A stretch of 64,000 nucleotides of DNA from positions 4,928,001-4,992,000 of the forward strand of contig CP181291.1 in NCBI GenBank assembly GCA_052279835.1. The letters are read 5' to 3'. Positions 29,659-40,084 of this stretch are shown here, one piece after another (position 1 is the first letter of the stretch; each line of letters starts with the position of its first letter). The DNA comes from Microcoleus sp. GTDB lineage: Bacteria; Cyanobacteriota; Cyanobacteriia; Cyanobacteriales; Microcoleaceae. A model generated the notes under the pieces. It was not told the DNA's origin and did no database searches. It saw only the letters and a program-made list of their open reading frames with translations. The position numbers were made by a program, and so were the translations under genes.

Positions 29659-32600
29659 TCAATTACTGTTTGCATAAAAACCAAAACCTCCGCCCCCAGG
29701 AGTCTCGATCGCAAAAACATCCCCAGGCTGCATTTCCACAGTCGCCGTACTCGCCAACTCCTCAACTTTCCCATCAATCCTTTCCACATAATTCCGTCCC
29801 AAAACACCGTTTCCTCCCCCCTTCAAACCGCAGGGAAAAATCACCCGCCGCCCCGATAAAATCCCCGCCGTCATCGCCTCCCGAAACCGCACTCGCCGCA
29901 CCACACCATTCCCCCCGCGATGATACCCATTCCCCCCGCTATTTTCGCGAATAGCAAAACTTTCTAACAACACCGGAAAGCGCCATTCCAACACTTCTGG
30001 ATCGGTTAAACGCGAATTAGTCATGTGAGTTTGCACCGCATCAGTACCATCAAAATCTGCACCAGCGCCAGAACCACCGCAAATTGTTTCATAATATTGA
30101 TAGCGGTGATTTCCAAATGTAAAATTATTCATAGTTCCCTGGGAAGCCGCCATCACTCCCAACGCACAATACAAAGCATCGGTAATATTCTGCGAAGTTT
30201 CCACATTACCTGCAACTACCGCCGCTGGATAGCGCGGATTCAGCATACAACCTTCGGGATTGATGATTTCTAGAGGTTTCAAACAGCCTGCATTCAGAGG
30301 GATATCGTCATCTACTAAGGTGCGAAAAACATACAAAACAGCGGCTTTGCACACTGCTGCGGGAGCATTAAAATTGTTGATTTGTTGAGGAGAAGTACCA
30401 GTAAAGTCTATTTTGGCACTGCGGGCTGATTTGTCAATAGTGATGGCTACTTTAATCTGTCCGCCACTATCCATCCCATAGGTAAATTCGCCATCTTGCA
30501 ACACATCAATTACCCTGCGTACCGACTCCTCAGCATTGTCTTGGACGAAGCCCATATAAGCCTGTACTGTTTCTAAACCGTAATGTTCTACTATCTTGAT
30601 AAGTTCTTCAGCGCCGCGCTTGTTGGCGGCAATTTGTGCTTGCAAATCGGCAATATTTTGAGCGGGATTGCGGGCTGGAAAATTGCCGGAGGTGAGAAAT
30701 TCTACTAATTCTGATTCTTGGAATTTTCCCTCCCTTACTAGCTGAAAATTGTCCAGCAATACGCCTTCTTCAGTTACTATGGTACTGTTAGGAGGCATGG
30801 AACCGGGAGTGATGCCGCCAATATCGGCATGATGTCCTCGCGAGGCTACATAGAATAGAGGCAGAGAATTAGTATTATCAAATACTGGGGTAATAACGGT
30901 GATATCTGGCAAGTGCGTGCCGCCGTTGTAGGGATTGTTGGATACATAAACATCCCCCGGTTTAAAAGTACCATTCTTGGCGGAAATTAAAGCTGAAATA
31001 CTTTCGCTCATGGAACCGAGATGGACGGGAATATGCGGTGCGTTGGCAACTAATTGCCCGTTTTGGTCGAAGATGGCGCAGGAAAAATCGAGGCGTTCTT
31101 TGATGTTAACTGATGAAGATGTATTTTGTAAAGTGATGCCCATTTGTTCGGCGATCGCCCTAAACAGATTATTAAAGATTTCCAACAACACCGGATCTGC
31201 TTCAACCGCAGACAAACGGGGATTATTTGCGTTGATTGGCGTGCACTTGCGGTTCAAAATGAGATCGTTTCGGGAAGTTAATTCCGCTTCCCAACCCGGT
31301 TCAACGACATTGGTTCCCGTAGCTTCCACAATCAAGGCTGGCCCAATAATGCAGTCGTGCGATCGCAAATTATCCCTTTTGTAGACAGGAGTTTCCCGCC
31401 AGCCGCCAGCCACATACATTTCGACTGTTGAAATTGGTTGCACCGGTAAGATGTCTGTGTCACAATCAGAGGCAATTATTGACCGAACCGGCACATCCAT
31501 TGTTTCTACAACTTCCACCGAAACTGCTTCCACAATCAGCGCTTTTTCTGGCATAATAAAACTGTAACGCTGTCGGTGGACAGCTTCAAATTCAGCCTGC
31601 ATTATCTCAATAGTTGGAGCGAAATTTACGGCTAAAACCGAATCGCTGCCATCATATTTTAAGTGCAGCTTCCTAATAACTAAAACCTCTGCCTTTTCCT
31701 CTGGGGTTTCGGCGCTGCTGCGGCTCAATTCCCTCTTTCCTTCAGCCTCCAATTCTGCCAAAATAGGGTGCAAATCAGTAATTAAATCGAGACTTAATTG
31801 TTGCTCGATCGCCCTTTCGCGCATAGCCCGCACATCAGCCAAACCCATACCATAGGCGGATAACACCCCCGCATAGGGGTGAATAAATACCCGTTTCATG
31901 CCCAAAGCATCGGCGATCGCACAAGCGTGTTGGCCCCCCGCACCGCCAAAACAGCACAATGTATATTCCGAAACATCATAACCGCGCTGAAGCGAGATTT
32001 TTTTCACCGCATTAGCCATCTTTTCCACGGCGATCGCCAAAAAACCCTCCGCCACCTGTTCCGGTATCCTCTCACCCCCAATTTCCGCCGCTAATTGGAC
32101 AAATTTTTGCCTGACGACATCAGAGGCGATCGGCAAATTGCCATCCAATCCAAAAACTTTTGGGAAAAAATCCGGTTGAATTTTGCCCAACATCACATTG
32201 CAATCAGTCACCGTCAAAGGGCCACCTTTCCGATAGCAAGCAGGCCCAGGATTAGCCCCCGCAGAAGCAGGCCCAACGCGGTAACGGGCACCATCAAAAA
32301 ATACAATGGAACCACCACCGGCTGCTACAGTATGAATTGCCATCACGGGCGATCGCAATCTGACACCAGCAATTTCTGTCTCGAATTCCCGTTCGTATTC
32401 GCCATTAAAATGGGCAACATCCGTAGAAGTTCCGCCCATATCAAAGGTAATAATTTTATCAAAACCAGCGAGTTTACTGGTTTTAACTGCGCCGACAATT
32501 CCCCCAGCCGGGCCAGATAAAATACTGTTTTTTCCCTGAAATTGGGCGGCATCAACTAAGCCGCCATTCGACTGCATAAACATTAATTTAGGGAGTTGGG

Positions 32601-33651
32601 AATTGGGAGTTGGGCTACTATTTCCTGACCCCCCCCTGCCCCCCCCTAGGGGGGAATCGGAAGAAGGGGAGGGGGAATTGGGAGTTGGGCTACTATTTCC
32701 TGACCCCCCCCTGCCCCCCCCTAGGGGGGAATCGGAAGAAGGGGAGGGGGAATTGGGAGTTGGGCTACTATTTCCTGACCCCCCCCTGCCCCCCCCTAGG
32801 GGGGAATCGGAAGAAGGGGAGGGGGAATTGGGAGTTGGGCTACTACTTCCTGACCCCCCCCTGCCCCCCCCAAGGGGGGAATGGGAAGGGAGTTCCTCGT
32901 TCCCAGACTCTGCCTGGGAACGCAGATCCAGAGGCTCTGCCTCGATCAATTCATTGGTTACTTGTTCGACATAGCGGCGTAAAATCGGAGATAAATAAGC
33001 ATCGACAACGGCAGTATCTCCCCGCGAAACTAATTTCATCAGCGGGCTAACTTCGTGAGATACTGATATTTGGGTAAAGCCAATTTGCTTGGCAATTTCA
33101 GCAACTTGTTGTTCGTGTTCGCAGTAGCGGTAGCCGTGCATAAATACGATCGCACAACTGCGAATTCCATCATCATAGGCTTGCTGCAAAGATGGGATAA
33201 AATCGAAATTAACAGCAATTAACTCCTCACCTGTGGCGCTGTAGCGTTCAGTAACTTCGATCGCTCGATCGTACAACATTTCCGGCAGCACAATCTGACG
33301 CGCGAAGATATTCGGGCGGTTTTGGTAGCCAATTCTCAGCGCATCGCCAAAACCTTTAGTAATTAACAGCAGCGTGCGATCGCCCTTGCGTTCCAGCAAA
33401 GCATTTGTCGCCACCGTCGTCCCCATTTTAATCGCTGCAATTGCGGCCGCGGGAATCGGAACATCTGTCGGAATTCCCAAAATATCCCGAATTCCTTGAA
33501 CCGCGGCATCTGTGTAGCGATCGGGATTTTCCGATAGCAACTTGTGAATAATTAGTTTACCATCAGGACATTTAGCTACAATATCAGTAAAAGTACCCCC
33601 GCGATCGATCCAAAATTGCCAGTTGGGGCGATCGACAAAATCAGCATTCAT
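29659..33651 (-). CDS. 5-oxoprolinase / hydantoinase A+B fusion
   Basis: [50 protein letters not shown]; contains a ~120-aa repeat-derived insertion. Confidence 0.92.
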   Translation of the reverse strand: MNADFVDRPNWQFWIDRGGTFTDIVAKCPDGKLIIHKLLSENPDRYTDAAVQGIRDILGIPTDVPIPAAAIAAIKMGTTVATNALLERKGDRTLLLITKGFGDALRIGYQNRPNIFARQIVLPEMLYDRAIEVTERYSATGEELIAVNFDFIPSLQQAYDDGIRSCAIVFMHGYRYCEHEQQVAEIAKQIGFTQISVSHEVSPLMKLVSRGDTAVVDAYLSPILRRYVEQVTNELIEAEPLDLRSQAESGNEELPSHSPLGGGRGGSGSSSPTPNSPSPSSDSPLGGGRGGSGNSSPTPNSPSPSSDSPLGGGRGGSGNSSPTPNSPSPSSDSPLGGGRGGSGNSSPTPNSQLPKLMFMQSNGGLVDAAQFQGKNSILSGPAGGIVGAVKTSKLAGFDKIITFDMGGTSTDVAHFNGEYEREFETEIAGVRLRSPVMAIHTVAAGGGSIVFFDGARYRVGPASAGANPGPACYRKGGPLTVTDCNVMLGKIQPDFFPKVFGLDGNLPIASDVVRQKFVQLAAEIGGERIPEQVAEGFLAIAVEKMANAVKKISLQRGYDVSEYTLCCFGGAGGQHACAIADALGMKRVFIHPYAGVLSAYGMGLADVRAMRERAIEQQLSLDLITDLHPILAELEAEGKRELSRSSAETPEEKAEVLVIRKLHLKYDGSDSVLAVNFAPTIEIMQAEFEAVHRQRYSFIMPEKALIVEAVSVEVVETMDVPVRSIIASDCDTDILPVQPISTVEMYVAGGWRETPVYKRDNLRSHDCIIGPALIVEATGTNVVEPGWEAELTSRNDLILNRKCTPINANNPRLSAVEADPVLLEIFNNLFRAIAEQMGITLQNTSSSVNIKERLDFSCAIFDQNGQLVANAPHIPVHLGSMSESISALISAKNGTFKPGDVYVSNNPYNGGTHLPDITVITPVFDNTNSLPLFYVASRGHHADIGGITPGSMPPNSTIVTEEGVLLDNFQLVREGKFQESELVEFLTSGNFPARNPAQNIADLQAQIAANKRGAEELIKIVEHYGLETVQAYMGFVQDNAEESVRRVIDVLQDGEFTYGMDSGGQIKVAITIDKSARSAKIDFTGTSPQQINNFNAPAAVCKAAVLYVFRTLVDDDIPLNAGCLKPLEIINPEGCMLNPRYPAAVVAGNVETSQNITDALYCALGVMAASQGTMNNFTFGNHRYQYYETICGGSGAGADFDGTDAVQTHMTNSRLTDPEVLEWRFPVLLESFAIRENSGGNGYHRGGNGVVRRVRFREAMTAGILSGRRVIFPCGLKGGGNGVLGRNYVERIDGKVEELASTATVEMQPGDVFAIETPGGGGFGFYANSN
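32598..32882. repeat. 75-bp tandem repeat (~3.8 copies), in-frame inside oxoprolinase
   Basis: Encodes [25 protein letters not shown] n; each unit contains the CCCCCCTAGGGGGG palindrome. Confidence 0.9.
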
Positions 33652-33786
33652 ATTTTTTTCTCTACTGTAATATTTGAATAAATTAAAATTATTCAACAAA
33701 GTTACCAGCAAGTCAACTCATAAAAATCATAACTTCTCTTTTCTTCCTTCGCCCCTGAGAGCACCTTCGCGGTTTCCCAAAAATGC

Positions 33787-34677
33787 CTATAAATGTCGAA
33801 TAGCCTCAATCAGCCCCCCACAAACGCCAGCGAGAAAATCTAAATCCAAAGTTTCAATCCGATCGCTAGCTTGATGATAGTGAGGATTGCGCATATTAGC
33901 AGTATCAGTCACCATGATAGCCGGATAACCATTATCCCAAAAAGGAGCATGATCGCTGCGGCGAGTATCCGGCACAATTAAACCTCGATTCGGCACCGGC
34001 AACCACTCGCACAACTGACCAGATTTGCGAATTGTGGCACTCAAATTAATCAAATCTGGAACAGTCCGCAGATTACCAATTAAAGCAATAAAATTGCCAG
34101 AATTGGGATAAAAATATTTCAATCCACTAGGATATTTTTGGGAGTTGGGATTGTGGTTGCAATAACCCAACATTTCCAAAGAAATCATCAACCGAAGCGA
34201 CTGTTTTTGTGCTTTTAACTTATCAGCATAATCCTTGCTACCGAAATAGCCGGATTCTTCCATATCGAAGGCGACTAATGTCACTGGATATTTGAGAGGT
34301 TGAAGGGCGATCGCCCTTGCGAGTTCCAACAAAACAGCCACGCCAGTACCATTATCATCGGCCCCAGGCGTACCGGGTACTGTATCGTAATGGGCACCAA
34401 TTAGAATCGGCTGTTCTAGCTTCCCCCCCTTAGCCTGGGGTAGCTGTTCTAGCTTCCCCCCCTTAGCAAGGGGGGGACTGAGGGGGGGTAAATCCAAGAT
34501 CAAATTGTGATGAATCCGGCCGCGCACCGCAAAATCATCTATTTCTACAGTTCCCCACTGTCCCAACTGTTCGCGGATGTATTGCTGGACATAGAAATGT
34601 CCGCCTGATGCGAGGTATGGGTGGCGATCGCGTACAATTTGAATCAGATGACTTTGCAAACGTTCCTTGAGATTCAT
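33787..34677 (-). CDS. M28 family metallopeptidase
   Basis: IGAHYD, GADDNGTG, FDMEE, SLEMLG, RSDHAPF, PHYH. Confidence 0.9.
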   Translation of the reverse strand: MNLKERLQSHLIQIVRDRHPYLASGGHFYVQQYIREQLGQWGTVEIDDFAVRGRIHHNLILDLPPLSPPLAKGGKLEQLPQAKGGKLEQPILIGAHYDTVPGTPGADDNGTGVAVLLELARAIALQPLKYPVTLVAFDMEESGYFGSKDYADKLKAQKQSLRLMISLEMLGYCNHNPNSQKYPSGLKYFYPNSGNFIALIGNLRTVPDLINLSATIRKSGQLCEWLPVPNRGLIVPDTRRSDHAPFWDNGYPAIMVTDTANMRNPHYHQASDRIETLDLDFLAGVCGGLIEAIRHL

Positions 34678-34924
34678 GGAGGCTAGTACACGCTGAGTAT
34701 AATCAAATTATATTCTGTTTGATCGCGAAGTTTAATTACTCAACTTATGTATTTTTTTAGCTATATTGATGAGAACAGCTAGGCGGTAACACTTATTTTT
34801 TGAGGGCTGCTATGACAATCACAAAAGATCTATTTCCGAATTGTCTAAGATAACCCTTCCGACAGATGGTTTGAATATTGCTAATTCGTTAAATTGAAAA
34901 AAAGTAGTTCTTGTTACATATTAT

Positions 34925-35644
34925 ATGCTCACTTCTTCTTACCCTCTGAAACAGGTATTCCACTGTCCTGAAGAATCTAATTTTTACTCGCAGTGCCTGG
35001 AAAATTTGGTGTTAAATGCTAGCGACAATTCTCAACTCGTCGTAGAGTTTGGTTCGGGAGAGGGAAGCCCAGTTATTAAGTCTTTGTTGAGAACTAGCTT
35101 TGAGGGAAAAATTCACGGGTTTGAGCTAAATAATGTGGCTTGGAAAATTGCTCAATCTCAGATTCGAGAATATGAACTGAGCGAACAATATGTCGTTCAC
35201 AATTGCTCTTTTTTTGATTCACCTTTATATAAGCAAGCGGATTGTTTGATTTCAAATCCGCCTTATCTGCCCGCTGCGGATGACAAAATTTACCAGCCAC
35301 TATTGCATGGCGGAAGTGATGGCTCGACCATTGCTAAGCGACTTTTGTCTACGGGATGTGAAAAAGTTTTACTGATGGTTTCTAGCTATTCTAATCCGCT
35401 GGGTTTGATTGATTATGCCTTGGCTCAAGGTTACTCCGTGGCGGGTTTTGAGATTTCACCTTTGAGTTTTGGCTATTACAGTTCCGAACCCAAGGTGAAA
35501 AACGCGATCGCCACTCTGCGAGAACAGGGAAAGGCTTTTTATTCTCGAAACATCTATCTGCTGGCCGGTGTTTTGTTTAAGCAGCAGCAAAAGTCCCACA
35601 GGGATTTATCGGGGGAGTTAATGCAGTTGATGACTGTGTTGTAA
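34925..35644 (+). CDS. Class I SAM-dependent methyltransferase (NPPY type)
   Basis: VEFGSGEG motif I, GFELN, ISNPPYLP. Confidence 0.82.
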   Translation: MLTSSYPLKQVFHCPEESNFYSQCLENLVLNASDNSQLVVEFGSGEGSPVIKSLLRTSFEGKIHGFELNNVAWKIAQSQIREYELSEQYVVHNCSFFDSPLYKQADCLISNPPYLPAADDKIYQPLLHGGSDGSTIAKRLLSTGCEKVLLMVSSYSNPLGLIDYALAQGYSVAGFEISPLSFGYYSSEPKVKNAIATLREQGKAFYSRNIYLLAGVLFKQQQKSHRDLSGELMQLMTVL

Positions 35645-35659
35645 AATACCACCCAGTAC

Positions 35660-35682
35660 GGTGCGTCAGTTTCTGACGCACC
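35660..35682. terminator. Hairpin between convergent genes (possible bidirectional terminator)
   Basis: GGTGCGTCAG-ttt-CTGACGCACC perfect 10-bp stem. Confidence 0.55.
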
Positions 35683-35705
35683 TGAGATGTTGCAGCCTAG
35701 GAAAG

Positions 35706-36804
35706 TTAATTTTGTGCGGCTGCTTGGATCGATCGCACCACAGCAGCCCCAGCCCGATCGCCGATCAGTTTCTCCTGATCGTAGCCCAACACCAGTTCCC
35801 AGGCATCCTCCGGGTATTTGTCCGCTAGTGGCAAAGCTACTTCATCCAACATCCAGCGCCCGTGACGTTCGTCTTCTCGGATGTGCAGTTCCCAGTAACC
35901 CATTGCAGCTTGGGAAAGATCCAAACGCTGGGCGGCGGCGAGATAATTCCTGTAGGCGACTGGCCCAGCTACCTCAAAATAGGTCAGTCCGCCGTTGTAG
36001 CGCAGAAAATAGCGCTTGCGTTTCCGTCAGCAAGAAGTTGTGATTGGCGCCAGCAAGCACTTGCCAAGGCACTAAGTCAAAGTATGCTTCCGGTTGCGTA
36101 CTCATGCCGAATTCTGCCAGCATTTGGGCAAAATAGGTCGAGTGCTTGCGGGCGAGACGACCGCCACCGTATTCTTCGATCAGCACCCGTGTCAGGGTAC
36201 ATTGGATTTCGTTGGCGGCACCGCCGAGGATGCGGGAAAGGCGGCTGGCTTCTACTAAACCATCGAAAGAGGCGATCGCCAGCAAGTGCCGATATCCCTC
36301 TACAGTCATCTCTTCCCGCAAATAGCGATCGGCAAAAGTTAGCGGAGGATCGACATCAGCAGCAGCGCGATCGCGTAGGGCTTGCTTAACATCTAACTGG
36401 TGCAGCCGTGGGAGGTCAATGTGTGCGAGTTCCCACTGTTGCCAAGGTTCCTCAATCCGATCGCGCACGGAACGCAAATAGTGCGATCGCTCGTTGTTGT
36501 AGTGACGCAAATCGTCGTACCAAAATAAGTTGAGTCTGTTGATGCGGTACAGCACCCGCTGCAAAAAGCGGTGTGCCGCATCATCGCTTGAGGATTCCTG
36601 GTAAGCCGATCGAACAGCCACTGCGATCGCACTTTCCAAGTCACTGACAAGTAACGGTTTTGCCGCCACCGTTTTGTCTAAATCATCAACATCTAACAAG
36701 TTGACGAATTGCTGCTCTGCTGTTTCGTAGTTTGTAGCTGTTATTTGTTGCTTTTGCAGACTCGACGATTCAGTTTTTGATGATAGATCTAGGGTGCTGT
36801 GCAT
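35706..36804 (-). pseudogene. Iron-containing redox enzyme (heme-oxygenase-like diiron, HDO) split by a +1 frameshift at ~36022
   Basis: Removing one A from ACG GAA ACG gives a continuous ...NHNFLLTERKRYFLRYNGGLTYFEVAGP...YWELHIREDERHG; ligand motifs EEYGGG..H, E, ELH..EDERH. Confidence 0.8.
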
Positions 36805-37030
36805 GAAATCAAATTATGCTAATTTTAATCAGTTTACTCTTGACCCAAACAGCCAATCTTTACCGATTGCTGAGGATTGCCGCTACTACTATTCAAAATA
36901 GCTAATCTGTTTGCTCAATACACCTTTCTCTTGATAGATATTTGACTTATCCCCTAGGTAATGCAAGCCTCAAATTTAATAAATCTCTCCCCTCGCTTGT
37001 GGTACTGGCCTAAATTCTGCTGATTCTTAG

Positions 37031-37630
37031 CTAATTACTTTTGATAGTTGCTTTCTGTGGTACAGTAATTCTGCCTAAAATCATGGCATCTTTTTGAGCA
37101 GGCACTGCTTGTCGCCACGCTTTGATACCGCCGGAAAGGACAACAAAATTAAAGGGCATATCCTGATTTTGTTGAGTCTTATTTCGCGGAATATCTTGGG
37201 AATACTGAGCCATTTTTTCCAATTTGTGGTATGCTTTAATCGATCGCCCTCCTCTAGCACAATAAAGTACAACTATTGGCTGAGTTCGATCGTCTTTAGC
37301 CCTAGCTTTGACAATAGATTGAACCTGCTTGACACCGAACCCCATCTCAATATCAGTTAGGGGAACCAGGGGACTGTCACCGATGCGATCTTCCGCGTAT
37401 TCTTCAGGCGATCGGACATCTATCAAAATCACTGGCTTCAACTTACCCTGCTGCAATTGTGCAACACTTACTTGTTTGGTATTTAAACTGGCGATAAAAG
37501 TAGGAATATCCATGTGATTAAATAGGGCAAGTGAACTCAAAGAACCAAGACTAATTAATCCCAAGCCCATAATTACCAGCCACGGGCGAGAATAGCGATT
37601 AATACTTTGTTTTAAATTTAGATTTAGCAT
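37031..37630 (-). CDS. Membrane-anchored rhodanese-like protein
   Basis: LIDVRSPEEY, VVLYCARGGRS, LSGGIKAW; N-terminal TM. Confidence 0.85.
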   Translation of the reverse strand: MLNLNLKQSINRYSRPWLVIMGLGLISLGSLSSLALFNHMDIPTFIASLNTKQVSVAQLQQGKLKPVILIDVRSPEEYAEDRIGDSPLVPLTDIEMGFGVKQVQSIVKARAKDDRTQPIVVLYCARGGRSIKAYHKLEKMAQYSQDIPRNKTQQNQDMPFNFVVLSGGIKAWRQAVPAQKDAMILGRITVPQKATIKSN

Positions 37631-38390
37631 TTTTCCTCATCCTTGAAAATGGATAGAACATTTGTCCGACATATCCACCAGGTATAGCATCAGAAATGCC
37701 ATATCGATCGGGCATTTTTTGGACGGGCATATACATAGTGCCAAATAGCAAATCTAAAAGTGGCAACTGAACGGCAAAATTCTTGTTGTAAATTTTGGGA
37801 CTTAGACTGTGATGCCAGTGATGGAATTCCGGGGTGGCGACGAACCACTTGAGCGGGCCAAACTTGATGCTAATGTTAGCATGAATTAAAAATGCGATCG
37901 CCGCCGAATAAAGAGCATAAACCGCAAAAGTTTCCTTAGTAAATCCCAACCAGTAAAGAGGCATCATTTTGCAAATCTGAGTAAAGAGTTGCTCGCAGGG
38001 ATGCACCCGCACTGCTGCCAACCAATCCATGTGTTCAATGCTGTGATGGACTGCATGAAATTGCCACAGCCAGGGTACTTCATGCAGCAGTCGGTGATCG
38101 ATGTAATATGCCATATCGGAAACGATAATTGCTTCTAGAAACTGCAACCAGACAGGTTGAGAAGCTACTTTGCTTTGCAATTCCGGATTGAGTAAATTAG
38201 TCATTAGCGACAAAGTTAGAGTCACAACAATAGCGCCTAATTTGCCAATAAAGTGACCTGTAAAAAAATAGGTAGCATCGGTTTTCCAGTCTCGACGAAA
38301 GACTTTTTGATTGTGTAAAGCAAAGATTCTTTCTAGGGGAATGAATATGGCTGCTAAGATGACGAAACCTTTGATAATTTCAGGTGACAT
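37599..38390 (-). CDS. Sterol desaturase / fatty acid hydroxylase family protein
   Basis: His boxes HRLLH, FHAVHHS, FHHWHHS; DLLFGT; start at 38390. Confidence 0.88.
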   Translation of the reverse strand: MSPEIIKGFVILAAIFIPLERIFALHNQKVFRRDWKTDATYFFTGHFIGKLGAIVVTLTLSLMTNLLNPELQSKVASQPVWLQFLEAIIVSDMAYYIDHRLLHEVPWLWQFHAVHHSIEHMDWLAAVRVHPCEQLFTQICKMMPLYWLGFTKETFAVYALYSAAIAFLIHANISIKFGPLKWFVATPEFHHWHHSLSPKIYNKNFAVQLPLLDLLFGTMYMPVQKMPDRYGISDAIPGGYVGQMFYPFSRMRKNAKSKFKTKY

Positions 38391-38413
38391 GAGATTCTGA
38401 TTAATGTCGATAT

Positions 38414-39058
38414 TTAATTCGTTAATGGTTGCGTACCAGCAGCGCAAACAGGAGCATCATTCTGAAGGATAGGATTAGCTGGTTGGATATTCCCAGGATA
38501 ATTTGTTGCACACACAATGAATACAGTAGTCTTTTCATTTTTATCTGCTGGGGAAACAGGTACTAAAAATACAGCCCCGACATAGCTAAGAAGATTATCG
38601 CTGCGGGCTACCCCATAACTAAACGCAGCATTTTTGGTAGCTAGGGCTGAATAGTTATAGTTGGTGGTCTGAGTTTTAATGCCGAGACCCAAGGGACTAA
38701 TGGAATTGGAAAATGTATTGTTCTCTGCATAATAAAATTGTTGACCTTTGTTGATTGAGGCAACATATTGCTTAGCTTCTGAATGCTTCGCTTTATTGCC
38801 GCCACAACTCGCCACATCAGGGATGGCGATCGCCGCCAATATCGTAAAAAGCATTAGACCAAAAGGAAAATAAATAAAAGTTATTTTCAGTAACGTTACT
38901 GCCACAGATTTACGTTTTTTTATTGGCCACAAATCTGGCTGATAATTTTTGGCGACAGATTTAGGTTCTGTGATGGGCCGATCGGGTTGATAAGTTTTTA
39001 CCAAAGCTTCCGATTTTTGGTTAATTTGGTTTAGTTCAGGCTTTTCTTCGAGTTGCAT
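38414..39058 (-). CDS. Type IV pilin-like G/H family protein (no class III leader)
   Basis: ILAAIAIP TM, KAKHSEAKQYVASINKGQQFYYAE, SYVGAVF, C-terminal Cys pair. Confidence 0.82.
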   Translation of the reverse strand: MQLEEKPELNQINQKSEALVKTYQPDRPITEPKSVAKNYQPDLWPIKKRKSVAVTLLKITFIYFPFGLMLFTILAAIAIPDVASCGGNKAKHSEAKQYVASINKGQQFYYAENNTFSNSISPLGLGIKTQTTNYNYSALATKNAAFSYGVARSDNLLSYVGAVFLVPVSPADKNEKTTVFIVCATNYPGNIQPANPILQNDAPVCAAGTQPLTN

Positions 39059-39209
39059 AGTTGTTCTCCAAATGTTTGACACGAGAAGTTTTTAGACGAT
39101 GATTTGTCTTAGGAGATGTGCGAGATTCGGCTTTGAGGTAGCGCCTCTTTGACCTTGGACCGAGGATTTGCCAACCTGGGCGATCGCCCTTTCTACCGTA
39201 TTTCTATTA

Positions 39210-39269
39210 AATCAGGTGGCTATTTGAGAACATGAGTGAGTTCTCATCGACTTCTCATCGACTTTAGAC
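39210..39269 (-). promoter_or_regulatory. Promoter of the pilin-like operon: 2x AAGTCGATGAG plus shared 19-mer CTCAAATAGCCACCTGATT
   Basis: Repeats at 39264-39254 and 39253-39243; 19-mer at 39228-39210, identical to 41849-41867. Confidence 0.75.
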
Positions 39270-39299
39270 ATCAGTGGCATTTAATAGCGCTATTGACTA

Positions 39300-39402
39300 T
39301 ATAGCAATCCTTGCAGGAGTCGTAAATTTTTTACCCCACCCCAACCCTCCCCTTGCTAAGGGGAGAGAGTAAGAAGTTCACAAATGATTTAGGATTGCTA
39401 TA
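39300..39402. mobile_element. MITE-like element with 12-bp terminal inverted repeats
   Basis: TATAGCAATCCT ... AGGATTGCTATA; contains a CCCCTTGCTAAGGGG palindrome. Confidence 0.65.
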
Positions 39403-39433
39403 ATTGAATAAATGATTAGAGGCACCGTGAGTT

Positions 39434-39994
39434 ATGGCAGTGCAGTTGCTCAAAAAACTGTTCACAGTCGAAGAATATCATCTGATGGGTAAAGCTGGTA
39501 TTCTTTCAGAGGGCGATCGCGTAGAATTGATAGAAGGAGAACTTGTTGAAATGGCCGCTATTGGAACTCGTCACGCAGGTTGTGTGAACCGGATTACCCG
39601 ACTCTTTTGTCGGCTTCCAGAAGAAAGGGCGATTGTGACTGTACAAAACCCCATTCAAGTCAGCCAGCAAACTGAACCGCAACCCGATCTAGTATTGCTG
39701 GAACCTCGCGCCGATTACTATTCAACCGCCCATCCCCTACCATCGGAAGTTTTACTGTTAATAGAAGTAGCTGACACTTCCATAGATTATGATAGAGATG
39801 TGAAACTTCCTATTTATGCCCGATCGCAAATTCAGGAAGTATGGATTGTCAATTTACAGGAAAACTGCTTGGAAGTTTACCGCCAGCCGACAGTTAACGG
39901 TTACAGTTTAATGCTGAGGTTGTGGCGGGGCGATGAAGTTTCGCCGCTGGCTTTTCCCGAATTTGTAGTTAGTGTGGATTTGGCGATCGGCTAA
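39434..39994 (+). CDS. Uma2 family (PDDEXK-like) endonuclease-fold protein
   Basis: FTVEEYH, RVELIEG, EPQPD, LLIEVADTS, KLPIYAR, EVWIVNL. Confidence 0.9.
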   Translation: MAVQLLKKLFTVEEYHLMGKAGILSEGDRVELIEGELVEMAAIGTRHAGCVNRITRLFCRLPEERAIVTVQNPIQVSQQTEPQPDLVLLEPRADYYSTAHPLPSEVLLLIEVADTSIDYDRDVKLPIYARSQIQEVWIVNLQENCLEVYRQPTVNGYSLMLRLWRGDEVSPLAFPEFVVSVDLAIG

Positions 39995-40084
39995 ATCAGG
40001 ATTATACCATTTCAGATTTGAGAATGACTTGGTGGATATTGGTTTAAAGTTTGCTTGCAGTTGAATTATTTTGGGATTTCAGGA

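Noticed and set aside
32598..32882. 75-bp repeats as a CRISPR array, or as separate + strand ORFs (32603..32974, 32610..33050)
   Set aside because: The units are near-identical with no spacers and lie in-frame within oxoprolinase; the + strand ORFs are shadows.
39434..39994. Uma2 gene as part of the NTPase regulon
   Set aside because: It lacks the AAGTCGATG motif in its own orientation, sits behind a MITE, and Uma2 genes are abundant scattered paralogs in cyanobacteria; probably a later insertion.
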